This document shows, piece after piece, positions 9,329 through 18,292 of a DNA stretch of 62,268 nucleotides. The DNA lies in NCBI GenBank assembly GCA_050486105.1, contig JBJHCR010000002.1, positions 1 to 62,268 on the forward strand. The letters are read 5' to 3'. Numbering within the stretch: position 1 is the first letter of the stretch; the number at the start of each line of letters is the position of its first letter. A program made the position numbers and the translations under genes. The notes under the pieces were generated by a model. The model did no database searches. It saw nothing but the letters and a program-made list of their open reading frames with translations, and was not told the DNA's origin. The DNA is from Vulcanimicrobiota bacterium (GTDB lineage Bacteria; Vulcanimicrobiota; Xenobia; Xenobiales; JADMJV01).

Positions 9329-9850
9329 TCACATATATTTCAGCAGGCCCTCAGCCTTGACGAGGATCTTCTTCTCATTCAGATAGGAAAGCTTCTTCTT
9401 AGCCACTCCAATATCGAACCACCCCACAGTATCGGCTTCCTGGTCTCTAGGCTGAGCGTTCTCCTGCACCAGACGCATGAGAAAAAACGTCACGGTCTTA
9501 TGGTAGAATGTGGAGTTCTCTTTCAAAAAGAAGTAGTATTCGATGGACTCAAGCTTTTCCAAAACCTTCCCCACATGGCCGGTCTCTTCAAGAATCTCGC
9601 GCTCGGCGGTCTGCTCCAGGGTCTCTCCCTTATCGACTCTCCCTTTTGGAAAGGCCCACACTCGATGACCCTTCTTGGCCACCAGACAGACCTGAACCCG
9701 ACTGCCTCGTTTCTTCACCAATAGCCCCCCAGCCGAGTGCTGTTCGGCTTTTCGGCCGCCAAAGAAGGCTCTCGGGGGCGGAGCGCCTTCATTCTCCGCC
9801 AAAATCGAGATCCTCGGTCTGTTGTCTCTTGAACTGAACGTCCCGGGCAA
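9329..9850 (-). CDS. NUDIX hydrolase
   Basis: The Nudix box GKVDKGETLEQTAEREILEETG matches GX5EX7REUXEEXGU. The ORF-track TTG start at 9850 overlaps the upstream gene by 62 nt, and an alternative TTG lies at 9802. The start is uncertain. Confidence 0.75.
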   Translation of the reverse strand: MPGTFSSRDNRPRISILAENEGAPPPRAFFGGRKAEQHSAGGLLVKKRGSRVQVCLVAKKGHRVWAFPKGRVDKGETLEQTAEREILEETGHVGKVLEKLESIEYYFFLKENSTFYHKTVTFFLMRLVQENAQPRDQEADTVGWFDIGVAKKKLSYLNEKKILVKAEGLLKYM

Positions 9851-11297
9851 AACTGAGGTCGAAGAACACCCACCCGTCGGAATCTACTCCACCGTTGCGG
9901 GTGTACGCTAGCCTTGAAATCCCAGGGAAGACCTTGATGGGGCGCCTTTCGTTTCGCTCCTTGGCCATCTTCTGATAGTCGCGAACTAAGGTACGGATGA
10001 TATAGGGATGATACTCATACATCATGGGCACCACAAAATCCACTGGCCAATCGAGCCAAGCTTGAGCTGAATAGTCGTATCCCGAACTTCGAAAGCGATT
10101 CTGGTCTCGGTCTCGATAGTACAGGGGTAGGACGGCGGCCGACAACGGAAACCTCCGAGGCATCACCGCTCTAATCTCGGTGACCAGTTCCGCCAAGGAA
10201 GCTTGGCGAAGCTCGAGTTCCTGCTGCAAGGCTCGATAGGTCCTCATCTGCTCGGGATCGGAAGCACTGAAGTAACGAATGCTCCCATCCTCGATGCCCA
10301 AATTTTGAGAGAGGCCTTGCCCGTCGACCGGATAGCGAATGTGGTCTAGGTGAAGTCCACCCAGGCCCGGGTGGGTGGACACGATGTTCTGGCACACCTC
10401 CAATAAGGTCTGCCTGACCACAGGATGGGCCGGGTTCACGTAGATCGGTCTCAGGCGCTTTCCCCGAGGTGCCGGAAACGGATCCTGATCCGTTGCCAAG
10501 AGTAAGAAATCCGGACGGTCTCCTCCAGCCTTGATGATTTCCGCGATCAACACCCCGATGGGACGGCCCTGGGTTCGATATCCAGCTTGCCGCAACAGAG
10601 ACTCTAGCTCCCTAACATCGCAGCCTCGGTCAAAGATCTCGGCGGCGGCGGCCACCACGGCGACTGGAATCAGGTCCCCAAGAGTGGCCCTCTCCTGCTG
10701 CTCATATCCCGGACGAACGGTGCGTCCCTGGGCAAACTCGAGTTGTTCTGCCTGGATCCGCAAATATTCGCTCATCAAGGAAGCCCAGACTGAAAGCCCA
10801 TCGTGCCACGGCAACATGACATCGGTGTTGTCCATCCTCCAATAGAAAAGATGGATCCAAGCGTGGATTTCAACTCCGACTTTCTGTCCCTCGTCGATAA
10901 AGATTTGCAACGGATCGTGGACCACGCCGTACTCGGCTCGATAGGGCCACCAAAGATGGGGATATACGGGGGAGGTGTTGGTGCCGGGTCGATAGGTGAG
11001 CACCTGAGGCAGTCCCTGTTCGGAAGACAGGGAAATGGTTGGACAAATACCGTAGCCTCTCAGAAAGGTTTCCAAGAAAACGGTGTCCACTCCCGCCCGG
11101 GCCAAATTCGACAAGACTTCCTGAGCCGAGGCGCGCACTTCAGCCTCGCTGTATTTACGCTCCCCTGGAAACAGCCAATCCGGAGAGAGCCAAACCCCCG
11201 ACATTTCCTGGCCTTGCACCGGAAAAATCAGGGACATCAGAATGATCATCGAAAGGAGTGCTCTGACTCTTATTGGGCGAGAGAAGATTAATGGCAT
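9789..11297 (-). CDS. glycoside-hydrolase-like family 10 (GHL10 / YngK-DUF187-like) secreted protein
   Basis: ATG start with a signal peptide (MPLIFSRPIRVRALLSMIILMSLIFPVQG). A TIM-barrel-like segment carries GLGGLHLDHIRYP, characteristic of GHL10 proteins. Confidence 0.6.
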   Translation of the reverse strand: MPLIFSRPIRVRALLSMIILMSLIFPVQGQEMSGVWLSPDWLFPGERKYSEAEVRASAQEVLSNLARAGVDTVFLETFLRGYGICPTISLSSEQGLPQVLTYRPGTNTSPVYPHLWWPYRAEYGVVHDPLQIFIDEGQKVGVEIHAWIHLFYWRMDNTDVMLPWHDGLSVWASLMSEYLRIQAEQLEFAQGRTVRPGYEQQERATLGDLIPVAVVAAAAEIFDRGCDVRELESLLRQAGYRTQGRPIGVLIAEIIKAGGDRPDFLLLATDQDPFPAPRGKRLRPIYVNPAHPVVRQTLLEVCQNIVSTHPGLGGLHLDHIRYPVDGQGLSQNLGIEDGSIRYFSASDPEQMRTYRALQQELELRQASLAELVTEIRAVMPRRFPLSAAVLPLYYRDRDQNRFRSSGYDYSAQAWLDWPVDFVVPMMYEYHPYIIRTLVRDYQKMAKERNERRPIKVFPGISRLAYTRNGGVDSDGWVFFDLSFARDVQFKRQQTEDLDFGGE

Positions 11298-11494
11298 CGG
11301 AATGCGGTTCTTGACCTAGCATGCGATCCCTTTAGAGGAGAACTCATGCTCAGGAAAGTTCGGGAAAGAGCCAGGGAGAGCAAGCATTCATTCAGAATTC
11401 TTGAAGTCTGAAGCCTGCAGACTATCTCGACGAAAACTTTCGATTCTTCTATGTCATAAAACGTTCAAGACTTTCTGTTATACTTACCACTTAA

Positions 11495-12010
11495 GTGGAA
11501 TCAATGAAGGCTAAAACATGGTTCGAGAGAACTCCAACCGAGTCGGATCAAACAGGGTTAACGCTCATCGAGACGATGCTGGCATGCATCATGTTGAGCC
11601 TCATCATTGTTAGTGTACTGGGCTTGCTTGGCAGCCTCTTGGTGGCTAGTACCAAAACCAGTGACAGCACGGCTGGAGTCTTTGTGGCCCAATACGTGCT
11701 CGATAAGTGTACCTCTGCTGGACCGCCCAGCCCCACAGGAGGATCAGAAGAGGGGACACGCAAACTCTTGACTCACGAGCTTGACCATCCCCTCGACTTT
11801 CATTACAGGGCGGATTGGCGCCTAATAGGAGAGCCCGGAAGTTATCTTGACGCCCAAGGGCGACGCCAAACCAATCAGTTCGCCAAGGCTTTGTATCACG
11901 TCAGGGTCACAGTCTGGTGGATGGTAGAGGACGCCGAAGACATGAGATTGGAGGGAGGGGGACGACGCTCCGTCCTATTGGAAAGAGTGATCGAGTTCGA
12001 ACCCAAATGA
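11495..12010 (+). CDS. prepilin-type N-terminal cleavage/methylation domain protein (pseudopilin-like)
   Basis: TG|LTLIETMLACIMLSLIIVSVLGLL is a class III signal peptide with Glu at +5 followed by a hydrophobic helix. The protein is 171 aa. Confidence 0.65.
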   Translation: MESMKAKTWFERTPTESDQTGLTLIETMLACIMLSLIIVSVLGLLGSLLVASTKTSDSTAGVFVAQYVLDKCTSAGPPSPTGGSEEGTRKLLTHELDHPLDFHYRADWRLIGEPGSYLDAQGRRQTNQFAKALYHVRVTVWWMVEDAEDMRLEGGGRRSVLLERVIEFEPK

Positions 12011-12711
12011 GGTGCTTCGCCAGAGCGAGTTGCCCAAAGGTCAAGGGATTTACCATCACGGAAGCGCTGGTGACCAGCCTGGTCTTCAGTTTCTTTGTGA
12101 CAGTCGTTTTCTTGACTATTGCCTGGGGATTTCGCACCTTTTCCCTAGCCGTAGCCCGCTCCGACGTCAGCACCGAAGCTCGAAGACTGGCTCTCTTTAT
12201 GGAAACCGAACTGCTCACTTCGGACTACTTCTCCGTAAGTACGGTCAGTAGGTCCGTTCGCAACGACAGAAGAGATGGGCTGTGCTTCGTTTCCCGCAAC
12301 GACTGGTCCCACCCCAACTCTTATGATGCCATTGAAGGTCGACCAGCTTGGAACCGATACTTTGTGTTTTACGTCACCACCGAACAACCGACCGGTTCGT
12401 TCATTCGGGCGGTCATCAATCCTAGCGACAGCAGCGAAGTTGGACCTTTCGTTTACGGCCCATTTGCCGCTAACCCGGCAACCTATCTCACCAATGACCC
12501 TTCTCAGAACGTAGGCACGGATGTCGAAATGGCTCGAGTGATCGCCTCATCCGTGAAGAGCTTTACCGTAGAGAAGATCCCCTCTACACAGGAGGTGGAT
12601 ATGCGGATCCTTCTGCGTCAAAATTCTGTCATAAGCCGGAGAGGAGACGGAAAGAGGGAAGGCGGGACCTTCGAAGTTCACTATCGAGTAGCCCCCCGCA
12701 ACACAATGTGA
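12007..12711 (+). CDS. prepilin-type N-terminal cleavage/methylation domain protein (pseudopilin-like)
   Basis: The start was set at the ATG at 12007, giving MRCFARASCPKVKG|FTITEALVTSLVFSFFV. This ATG overlaps the upstream TGA (ATGA), whereas the ORF-track start at 11917 lies inside the upstream gene. Confidence 0.65.
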   Translation: MRCFARASCPKVKGFTITEALVTSLVFSFFVTVVFLTIAWGFRTFSLAVARSDVSTEARRLALFMETELLTSDYFSVSTVSRSVRNDRRDGLCFVSRNDWSHPNSYDAIEGRPAWNRYFVFYVTTEQPTGSFIRAVINPSDSSEVGPFVYGPFAANPATYLTNDPSQNVGTDVEMARVIASSVKSFTVEKIPSTQEVDMRILLRQNSVISRRGDGKREGGTFEVHYRVAPRNTM

Positions 12712-12921
12712 TTCCATTGTCCAGGACCTCAGCGAACCCTGGCGACCCCCCCTTCGAGCCTCTGGCCTGGGCACGAATTCCGTGTCTCGACAGTCCTTGA
12801 GCAGCTGCTTTCAAAACACTGCGGAGCCGAGACGAGAAGGGGCCCACCGAGATCGGAACTCAAAGGTGGATAAATGGTAAACACCCAAAACGGAGAACTG
12901 CTCGGCTAGAGAACTTGAGTA

Positions 12922-14340
12922 ATGAACCCAGACCTTCCCTCGACGAGTCAGGATAGTTGCCCGTTTTCCAGCGACGGCGAGTACCTCGACCAACTGGTCC
13001 AATTAAAAATCCGGCCTTTGGCTTGGGCCCTGGTAGCCATTTGCGCCTTCGTTTTCGTCTTCCGAGCGGCTACCATGACAGGAAGAACCCAGGTCTTTCA
13101 ACTCCTGATCATCAGCTGCACTGCCGGAGGCGCCTTGCTTCTCTTGGCGCTTCTCCCTAGGATCCCATCCCGCTTCTCCCATGGGGTACTCTGTTTTCTG
13201 ACCATACTGGCCGCCGCCGCCCAAGGCCTTTCAGCCCTCAACTCCGAGACTGAGACCTTCCAAGGTTTCTTGCTCCTCATCGCCCTAAGCTTGGGCCTCG
13301 TGATGTACCGACTTGCTTGGGCCCTCCTGGGTGCCTGCATCGCTCTAGGAATATGGATCATCTGGGACACCTGGAAATTTGGCTCGCCGAACTTTGACAC
13401 CATCACCATAGTCACCATCAGCTTGGTTTTGGTTACGACCTACCTTCATATTCGCAGGGCCACCATGCTTTCCACCCTGGCTCTGTCAAACAGTGTCCAA
13501 CAGCAGAGCCAAAATCTCCATCAAGCTTTGGAAGCTCAACAGCGCAATCGTGAACTGCTCTGCCTCCGTGTCGCTGAACGTGAACGACAACTCGAACAGG
13601 CCCTTCAGTCTCTCCAGTCAAGCGTCTTGCAACAACGCTCTCTACAAGGTTTCATTGAAAAGCGGAGACGCTGGGAATCTCTCGCTCGGATCGGCACCAC
13701 CACGGGGAAATCGCTGCAAGAACAACTTTTGTTGGTGCAAGCCGAGTTAGAGGAGATTCAGAGCAAAGTTCCCTCGACGGGAGATGAGCTACATTATTTC
13801 GAGGAGATCCGCAAAGCCACCGAACAGAGCTTGAGGCTCAACACCAAGCTTCTCGCCTTCGGCCAAATCCTGAAACTTAATCTGGAAAACCGATCGGTGT
13901 CGTCTTTGCTGCAAGACGTTTGGGACCCTCTCTTGGAAAAGCTGCAGGAAAAATTTGAAGTAGAAACTCTGATCCACCAACCTGAAACCGAAGTCCTGGT
14001 CGATTCCGTGCTTTTTGGAGGCGCCTTGAGCGAACTTTTGACCAATGCTCAAGACGCCATGCCGATGGGTGGCAAGATTACGCTTGAGGCCGATGGAGGA
14101 CCTATGGGATGCCTCTTTACCCTCTCCGACACCGGAATGGGAATTCCCGCCGGCAAGAGAGAGCAAGTCTTCGAACCATTTTTCACAACCAAAACTCTTG
14201 GTTCCGGGATGGGGCTACCCTCCGCTCTCGGGGTCCTTGAACAGCACGGAGGTTGGCTAAAAATCGATTCTCACCCAGGGTGTGGAGCCCAGGTTGTCTT
14301 CTGGCTCCCGAAAGGGCCAGAGATTGAAGCATCACCGTGA
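12922..14340 (+). CDS. membrane sensor histidine-kinase paralogue with intact ATPase domain but Lys at the phospho-acceptor position
   Basis: About 5-6 N-terminal TM helices are followed by a coiled coil. The CA boxes are intact: N (LLTNAQDAM), G1 (DTGMGI), F (FEPFFTTK) and G2 (GSGMGL). The DHp helix reads ESLARIGTTTGKSLQ, where the consensus has ...GxxH(D/E)xNN. Confidence 0.8.
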   Translation: MNPDLPSTSQDSCPFSSDGEYLDQLVQLKIRPLAWALVAICAFVFVFRAATMTGRTQVFQLLIISCTAGGALLLLALLPRIPSRFSHGVLCFLTILAAAAQGLSALNSETETFQGFLLLIALSLGLVMYRLAWALLGACIALGIWIIWDTWKFGSPNFDTITIVTISLVLVTTYLHIRRATMLSTLALSNSVQQQSQNLHQALEAQQRNRELLCLRVAERERQLEQALQSLQSSVLQQRSLQGFIEKRRRWESLARIGTTTGKSLQEQLLLVQAELEEIQSKVPSTGDELHYFEEIRKATEQSLRLNTKLLAFGQILKLNLENRSVSSLLQDVWDPLLEKLQEKFEVETLIHQPETEVLVDSVLFGGALSELLTNAQDAMPMGGKITLEADGGPMGCLFTLSDTGMGIPAGKREQVFEPFFTTKTLGSGMGLPSALGVLEQHGGWLKIDSHPGCGAQVVFWLPKGPEIEASP

Positions 14341-15737
14341 CGGACTCTAGAACCCACCCGGCCGATTCTTTGGAAAACTTCCATGAAGAGAAGTGCCGAG
14401 AGTCGATGGAGGTCGTTTCGCTCCTAGGTGTGGTGGGTTACTTGATCGTTGCTATCCGGGATGTGGCGGTCGTCGGACCCTTGAGTCTCCTGCAATTCTT
14501 TCTGCTCCGTGACGCTTTGATGGTCGCTTTTTTCCTCTCTTTAAATCAGGTTCTAATGCGGGACGTTCTCCCTCGGGGATGGGCCCATCCCATGGCCTTT
14601 CTCAGCTGCGTTCTCCCGTGTTTGGGCACAGCCCTGGGGGTGCACGCGGGTGGAGACTTCATCCCTACAGGCTACTTCTTTTTGATCATCATCACCGCTG
14701 CTCTGGTCATGCTGAATATCTCCTGGTTTCTGTCGGCCTGCGCTATCACCATCGTGTCTTGGGGGGTTTCCTTCATGCCTTACTTCGAGAAAGAACTCTT
14801 CATCGAACAGGGGATAACTCTGGTGAGTTGCTGTCTGGTGGCGGGGGTTGCTCTGACTACTCGGCGCAACGAACTTCACCAACAATATCTCCTTTTGGAG
14901 ACAGAACGCAGCAAGCAAAGCGATCTGAGAGAGGCCTTGAATATCAACGCTGACCTCACCTCGAAACTCGACCAGGAGGTCGAAAAGCAAACGTCAGAAC
15001 TCTCTCGGCGTTTGGAAGAGCTTCATCAGTCCAAGGTCAAGGAAAGAAAGTTGGGTGAAGAAACCGCACGACTAGCGCGCGTCGAATCCGTGGGCCGGTT
15101 AGTCGGGGGCCTGGGACATCGATTCAACAATCTCTTCACCGTCATGCTGGGAAACACAACTATGCTGCAAGAGATTCGGGTAGATCAGGACAGGACCCAA
15201 GAAGGGGCCCTACTCGACCGCATGGAGGGTGCCATACTCCGTGCCAGTCGAGCGACTCAACCTCTAGCCTACCTAACCAATCCAGACTTGGAGAAAGTCG
15301 ACACCTTGAATCTTAAGGAAATCTATCTGCGATTGAAGGATTTTTTGGAAAGTTCGCTCTCACCAAAGCATCAGTACCGTTGTGATCTGGCGACTCCGAG
15401 TCAGATTCTAGAGGTCAATTTGGCCGCTCTCTACCAACTCTTACTCAATTTGTTTATCACCATCGATCAAACCTTGCCTGATAGGGGAAGCCTCCACCTT
15501 TTGCTCGAGAGCACGGAAAACGAGGCCACATTCACCTTGGAATGTCGCACCGAGCCTGATTCCAAAACCCAAGAATCATTGGCCTTGGGAAATCTGGACA
15601 CTCTAAATTCCTCTCTTTCGGCTATTTCCGGACGGCTCAATGTGGAGGAAGGGCGCCAGGGAACTAACATCATACTGACCTTCCCCACCAAGGCCTCCAA
15701 GGAGTCCAGCCGCCAAACTCAAAGCCAAGACCCATGA
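14337..15737 (+). CDS. membrane sensor histidine-kinase paralogue with H-box but degenerate ATP-binding domain
   Basis: A GTG start overlaps the upstream TGA (GTGA). It has a multi-pass TM N-terminus and a canonical H-box (ESVGRLVGGLGHRFNNLF). The C-terminal domain (LLLNLFITIDQTLPDRGSL...ECRTEPDSK...LGNLDTL) has no recognisable DxGxG or GxGxG. Confidence 0.7.
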   Translation: MTDSRTHPADSLENFHEEKCRESMEVVSLLGVVGYLIVAIRDVAVVGPLSLLQFFLLRDALMVAFFLSLNQVLMRDVLPRGWAHPMAFLSCVLPCLGTALGVHAGGDFIPTGYFFLIIITAALVMLNISWFLSACAITIVSWGVSFMPYFEKELFIEQGITLVSCCLVAGVALTTRRNELHQQYLLLETERSKQSDLREALNINADLTSKLDQEVEKQTSELSRRLEELHQSKVKERKLGEETARLARVESVGRLVGGLGHRFNNLFTVMLGNTTMLQEIRVDQDRTQEGALLDRMEGAILRASRATQPLAYLTNPDLEKVDTLNLKEIYLRLKDFLESSLSPKHQYRCDLATPSQILEVNLAALYQLLLNLFITIDQTLPDRGSLHLLLESTENEATFTLECRTEPDSKTQESLALGNLDTLNSSLSAISGRLNVEEGRQGTNIILTFPTKASKESSRQTQSQDP

Positions 15738-16324
15738 TTTTGTTGCGGTTCCTGGTCCTTATATTCCTGGCGATTGCTACCCCCCTTGTCGCTGAGCAGG
15801 TTGTCGAGCATCAAGGTCGCCCACTAGTTACCTTTGACTTGCCTGGTTTCGACCTGAGGGGCCAACGGACGGGCAAGACCTCTACCCTGACTTATGTTGG
15901 TCAGGATTCGCTCGAAAAGCGAGTTCAAGTGCAGGTCAAGATCAGAGGTTGGTTGGGTCCCGACAAGGCTGAGAAAGAGTATCGAGAAGACCGGATGCTG
16001 CGCAGGCAAGATCCTCATACCAGACTAGGTGAAGATCTGGTTGTGTCCGGCGCCACAAAGGCTCTAGAGTTTCGAACAACCCAACCGTATGAGGCCCATG
16101 TTTTGGTGATCTACACCAACGACTTTCGCTGCGAATTCACGCTGACTGGTAGCGAAGCTACTCGAGAATCAAGAGAGGCCCTCTTCAGTCAACTTCGTGA
16201 GTCGGTCAAGGTTCCGAAAGGTGGACTACGCCTAAGTCCAGAGGCCGACGAGCCCACCCCCGAGCCGGAGCTTCCTAAAATCGAGTTCCGCACGAAGCCG
16301 GCTCCTAAGGAACTCCAAGATTGA
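15734..16324 (+). CDS. secreted protein, function unknown
   Basis: The ATG overlaps the upstream TGA (ATGA). A signal peptide is present (MILLRFLVLIFLAIATPLVAEQ). 196 aa. Confidence 0.55.
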   Translation: MILLRFLVLIFLAIATPLVAEQVVEHQGRPLVTFDLPGFDLRGQRTGKTSTLTYVGQDSLEKRVQVQVKIRGWLGPDKAEKEYREDRMLRRQDPHTRLGEDLVVSGATKALEFRTTQPYEAHVLVIYTNDFRCEFTLTGSEATRESREALFSQLRESVKVPKGGLRLSPEADEPTPEPELPKIEFRTKPAPKELQD

Positions 16325-16343
16325 TAGGGCCCAGTTCAAGCAC

Positions 16344-18128
16344 TCATAAAGGCCAAAGACGAGGCAAAAAGAAAGACGCCAGCAGCCATAGGGTCAGATT
16401 GAGCGGGCCACCGACCTTCAAGAAATCTGTAAAGCGGTATTGACCTGGACCGTAGATCATGGTGTTGGTCTGATAGCCAATGGGAGTCATGAAACTTGCT
16501 GAGCAGGCGAAGGCCACAGCGAACAGGAGTGCCCTAGGTTCCCAACTCATGGATTCGGCCACTGCCAAGGCTAGAGGAGCCATGAGGGCGGCAGTGGCCG
16601 CATTGGAGATCAGTTCGGTCATAACCGTGGTCATCAAGTACACCCCACTGACCACCACCGCTGGACCGAAAGGTCCTAGGACTGAGGTAATCTCCCCAGC
16701 CAAATACACTGCTACTCCGGTCTTCTGCATGGCCAAACCTAAGGACAAGGAGCCGGCGATCAGCAAAATCACCTTCCAATCTAGAGCTCGGTAGGCCTGT
16801 TCTAGGGTCAAACACCCGAAAACAACCATGAGCACCGCGCCAACCAAGGTTCCGATCTCAATGGGGAGAAGTCCGAACGCGGCCAAACCCACGACCCCGA
16901 CGAAGATGGAAATAGCAGCGACCATCTTGGTTCGCTGAGGACTGTCTACGGCGAACTCACTGACCACCACAAAAGCGGCCCGGCTTCTCAGATCTTCCAA
17001 TCTTGAACGCTCGACTTCAATGAGGAGCACGTCTCCGGCTTCGATCTTGGTGTGCCCCAATTTGGTGTGCAAAACCTCTTCGGACCCCCGGTGGCGAAAG
17101 GCGATCACCAGGGCGCCGAAGCGCTCCCGAAAGTTAGAGGTCTGCAGCGAGTGACCTACAAGCATAGAACCTACGGGTACGACCGCTTCTACCAGGGTCG
17201 CTTCCCGATAGTCGAGATTCTTGTCGTGAACCTTGCTGTCCGACTTCAAACGGACATGATTCTCCCGCCCCAGGCGGCTTAGGACCTCCACTTCGCAACG
17301 AACCATGAGTACATCGTCTGCCCTTAGAATGGTAGACAACGGAGGTAGCGCCAAGACCTCTCCGTCTCGTTCGATACTGACTACGTCCAAGTCGAACTCT
17401 TTCACTAGAGGGGCCGAGCCAAGGGACTGTCCGACATTTGGGCTGCCGGAAAGCAGCACCACCTCGGTCAAGTATGGAACCATATCGTAGGCCTTCATCA
17501 TTTGTCCGGCCCTACGACGTTCAGGGATAGATGAGATTCCGACGAGCAACATGTAGAGCGTGCCCGCCAGGAAAACGAGCACGCCAAATCGAGAAAACTC
17601 AAACATTCCAATAGGCTGCTCCCCGGCACTGACGGCGATAGAGTTCACCACCAAATTGGGAGAGGTACCAATGAGAGTGCAGGTACCGCCAAAGATCGCT
17701 GCAAACGACAAGGGCATGAGCAGCTTTGATGGGCTGATTCGGGTGGCCCTGGAGATCCCCAAGCAAACGGGCATGAAAACTGCCACGCAGGCGGTGTTAT
17801 TCATGAAGCCAGAGAGCAAAGCCACAATGAACATCATCATCGCCATGCCCAAAGGAAAAGAGCGGAGCATCAGTGGACCGAGCAGTTTGGGAATCTTGCT
17901 CACCGCCCCGGTGGAAGCCAAGCCCGAACTGAGGACCAACATGCCGGCCACGGCGATGGTGGCCCCATCACTGAATCCAGCCAGCCCCTCCTGGGGGGTC
18001 AAAATTCCTGATAAGACCAGGGTACCCACCACCAGAACTGCGACCAGATCCACCGCCAGCTTCTCAGTGGCAAAGAGGATGACTGCGGCCAAGACTACGC
18101 CGAGCACTGCGAATCCCTCGAAAGTCAA
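16344..18128 (-). CDS. SLC13/DASS-superfamily anion permease with two central TrkA-C (RCK_C) domains
   Basis: 594 aa. Hydrophobic N- and C-terminal halves flank two soluble repeats (...VVLLSGSPNVGQSLGS...VVSIERDG... and ...VEAVVPVGSMLVGHSL...VIAFRHRG...). This is the typical architecture of CitT/ArsB-superfamily SLC13 permeases. Confidence 0.75.
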   Translation of the reverse strand: MTFEGFAVLGVVLAAVILFATEKLAVDLVAVLVVGTLVLSGILTPQEGLAGFSDGATIAVAGMLVLSSGLASTGAVSKIPKLLGPLMLRSFPLGMAMMMFIVALLSGFMNNTACVAVFMPVCLGISRATRISPSKLLMPLSFAAIFGGTCTLIGTSPNLVVNSIAVSAGEQPIGMFEFSRFGVLVFLAGTLYMLLVGISSIPERRRAGQMMKAYDMVPYLTEVVLLSGSPNVGQSLGSAPLVKEFDLDVVSIERDGEVLALPPLSTILRADDVLMVRCEVEVLSRLGRENHVRLKSDSKVHDKNLDYREATLVEAVVPVGSMLVGHSLQTSNFRERFGALVIAFRHRGSEEVLHTKLGHTKIEAGDVLLIEVERSRLEDLRSRAAFVVVSEFAVDSPQRTKMVAAISIFVGVVGLAAFGLLPIEIGTLVGAVLMVVFGCLTLEQAYRALDWKVILLIAGSLSLGLAMQKTGVAVYLAGEITSVLGPFGPAVVVSGVYLMTTVMTELISNAATAALMAPLALAVAESMSWEPRALLFAVAFACSASFMTPIGYQTNTMIYGPGQYRFTDFLKVGGPLNLTLWLLASFFLPRLWPL

Positions 18129-18292
18129 CGCGAGATCTCCTATCTAGATAAGTCAGCTTCCCTTGCCACAACAAACCAAGGATACCATTTTTGGAGCCTG
18201 AGCTGAATGTGCAAAACTTGGTCTCCTCAGGAAAACCGTTTAAGAGAGAAAAGAAACTAGGGTAAGCCCATCCGATTGAGAAAAGAGTCTGC
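18129..18292. promoter_or_regulatory. divergent intergenic region (promoters for the SLC13 permease and the response-regulator gene expected)
   Basis: A 164-bp gap between divergently oriented gene starts. I could not pick out convincing -35/-10 hexamers. Confidence 0.3.

Noticed and set aside
12800-12809. A perfect 10-bp palindrome, AGCAGCTGCT, followed by TTCAAAA downstream of the second pseudopilin gene, considered as an intrinsic terminator.
   Set aside because: A loop-less palindrome of this size cannot form a stable hairpin, and the T-tract is poor. No other convincing rho-independent terminator was found by eye anywhere in the window.
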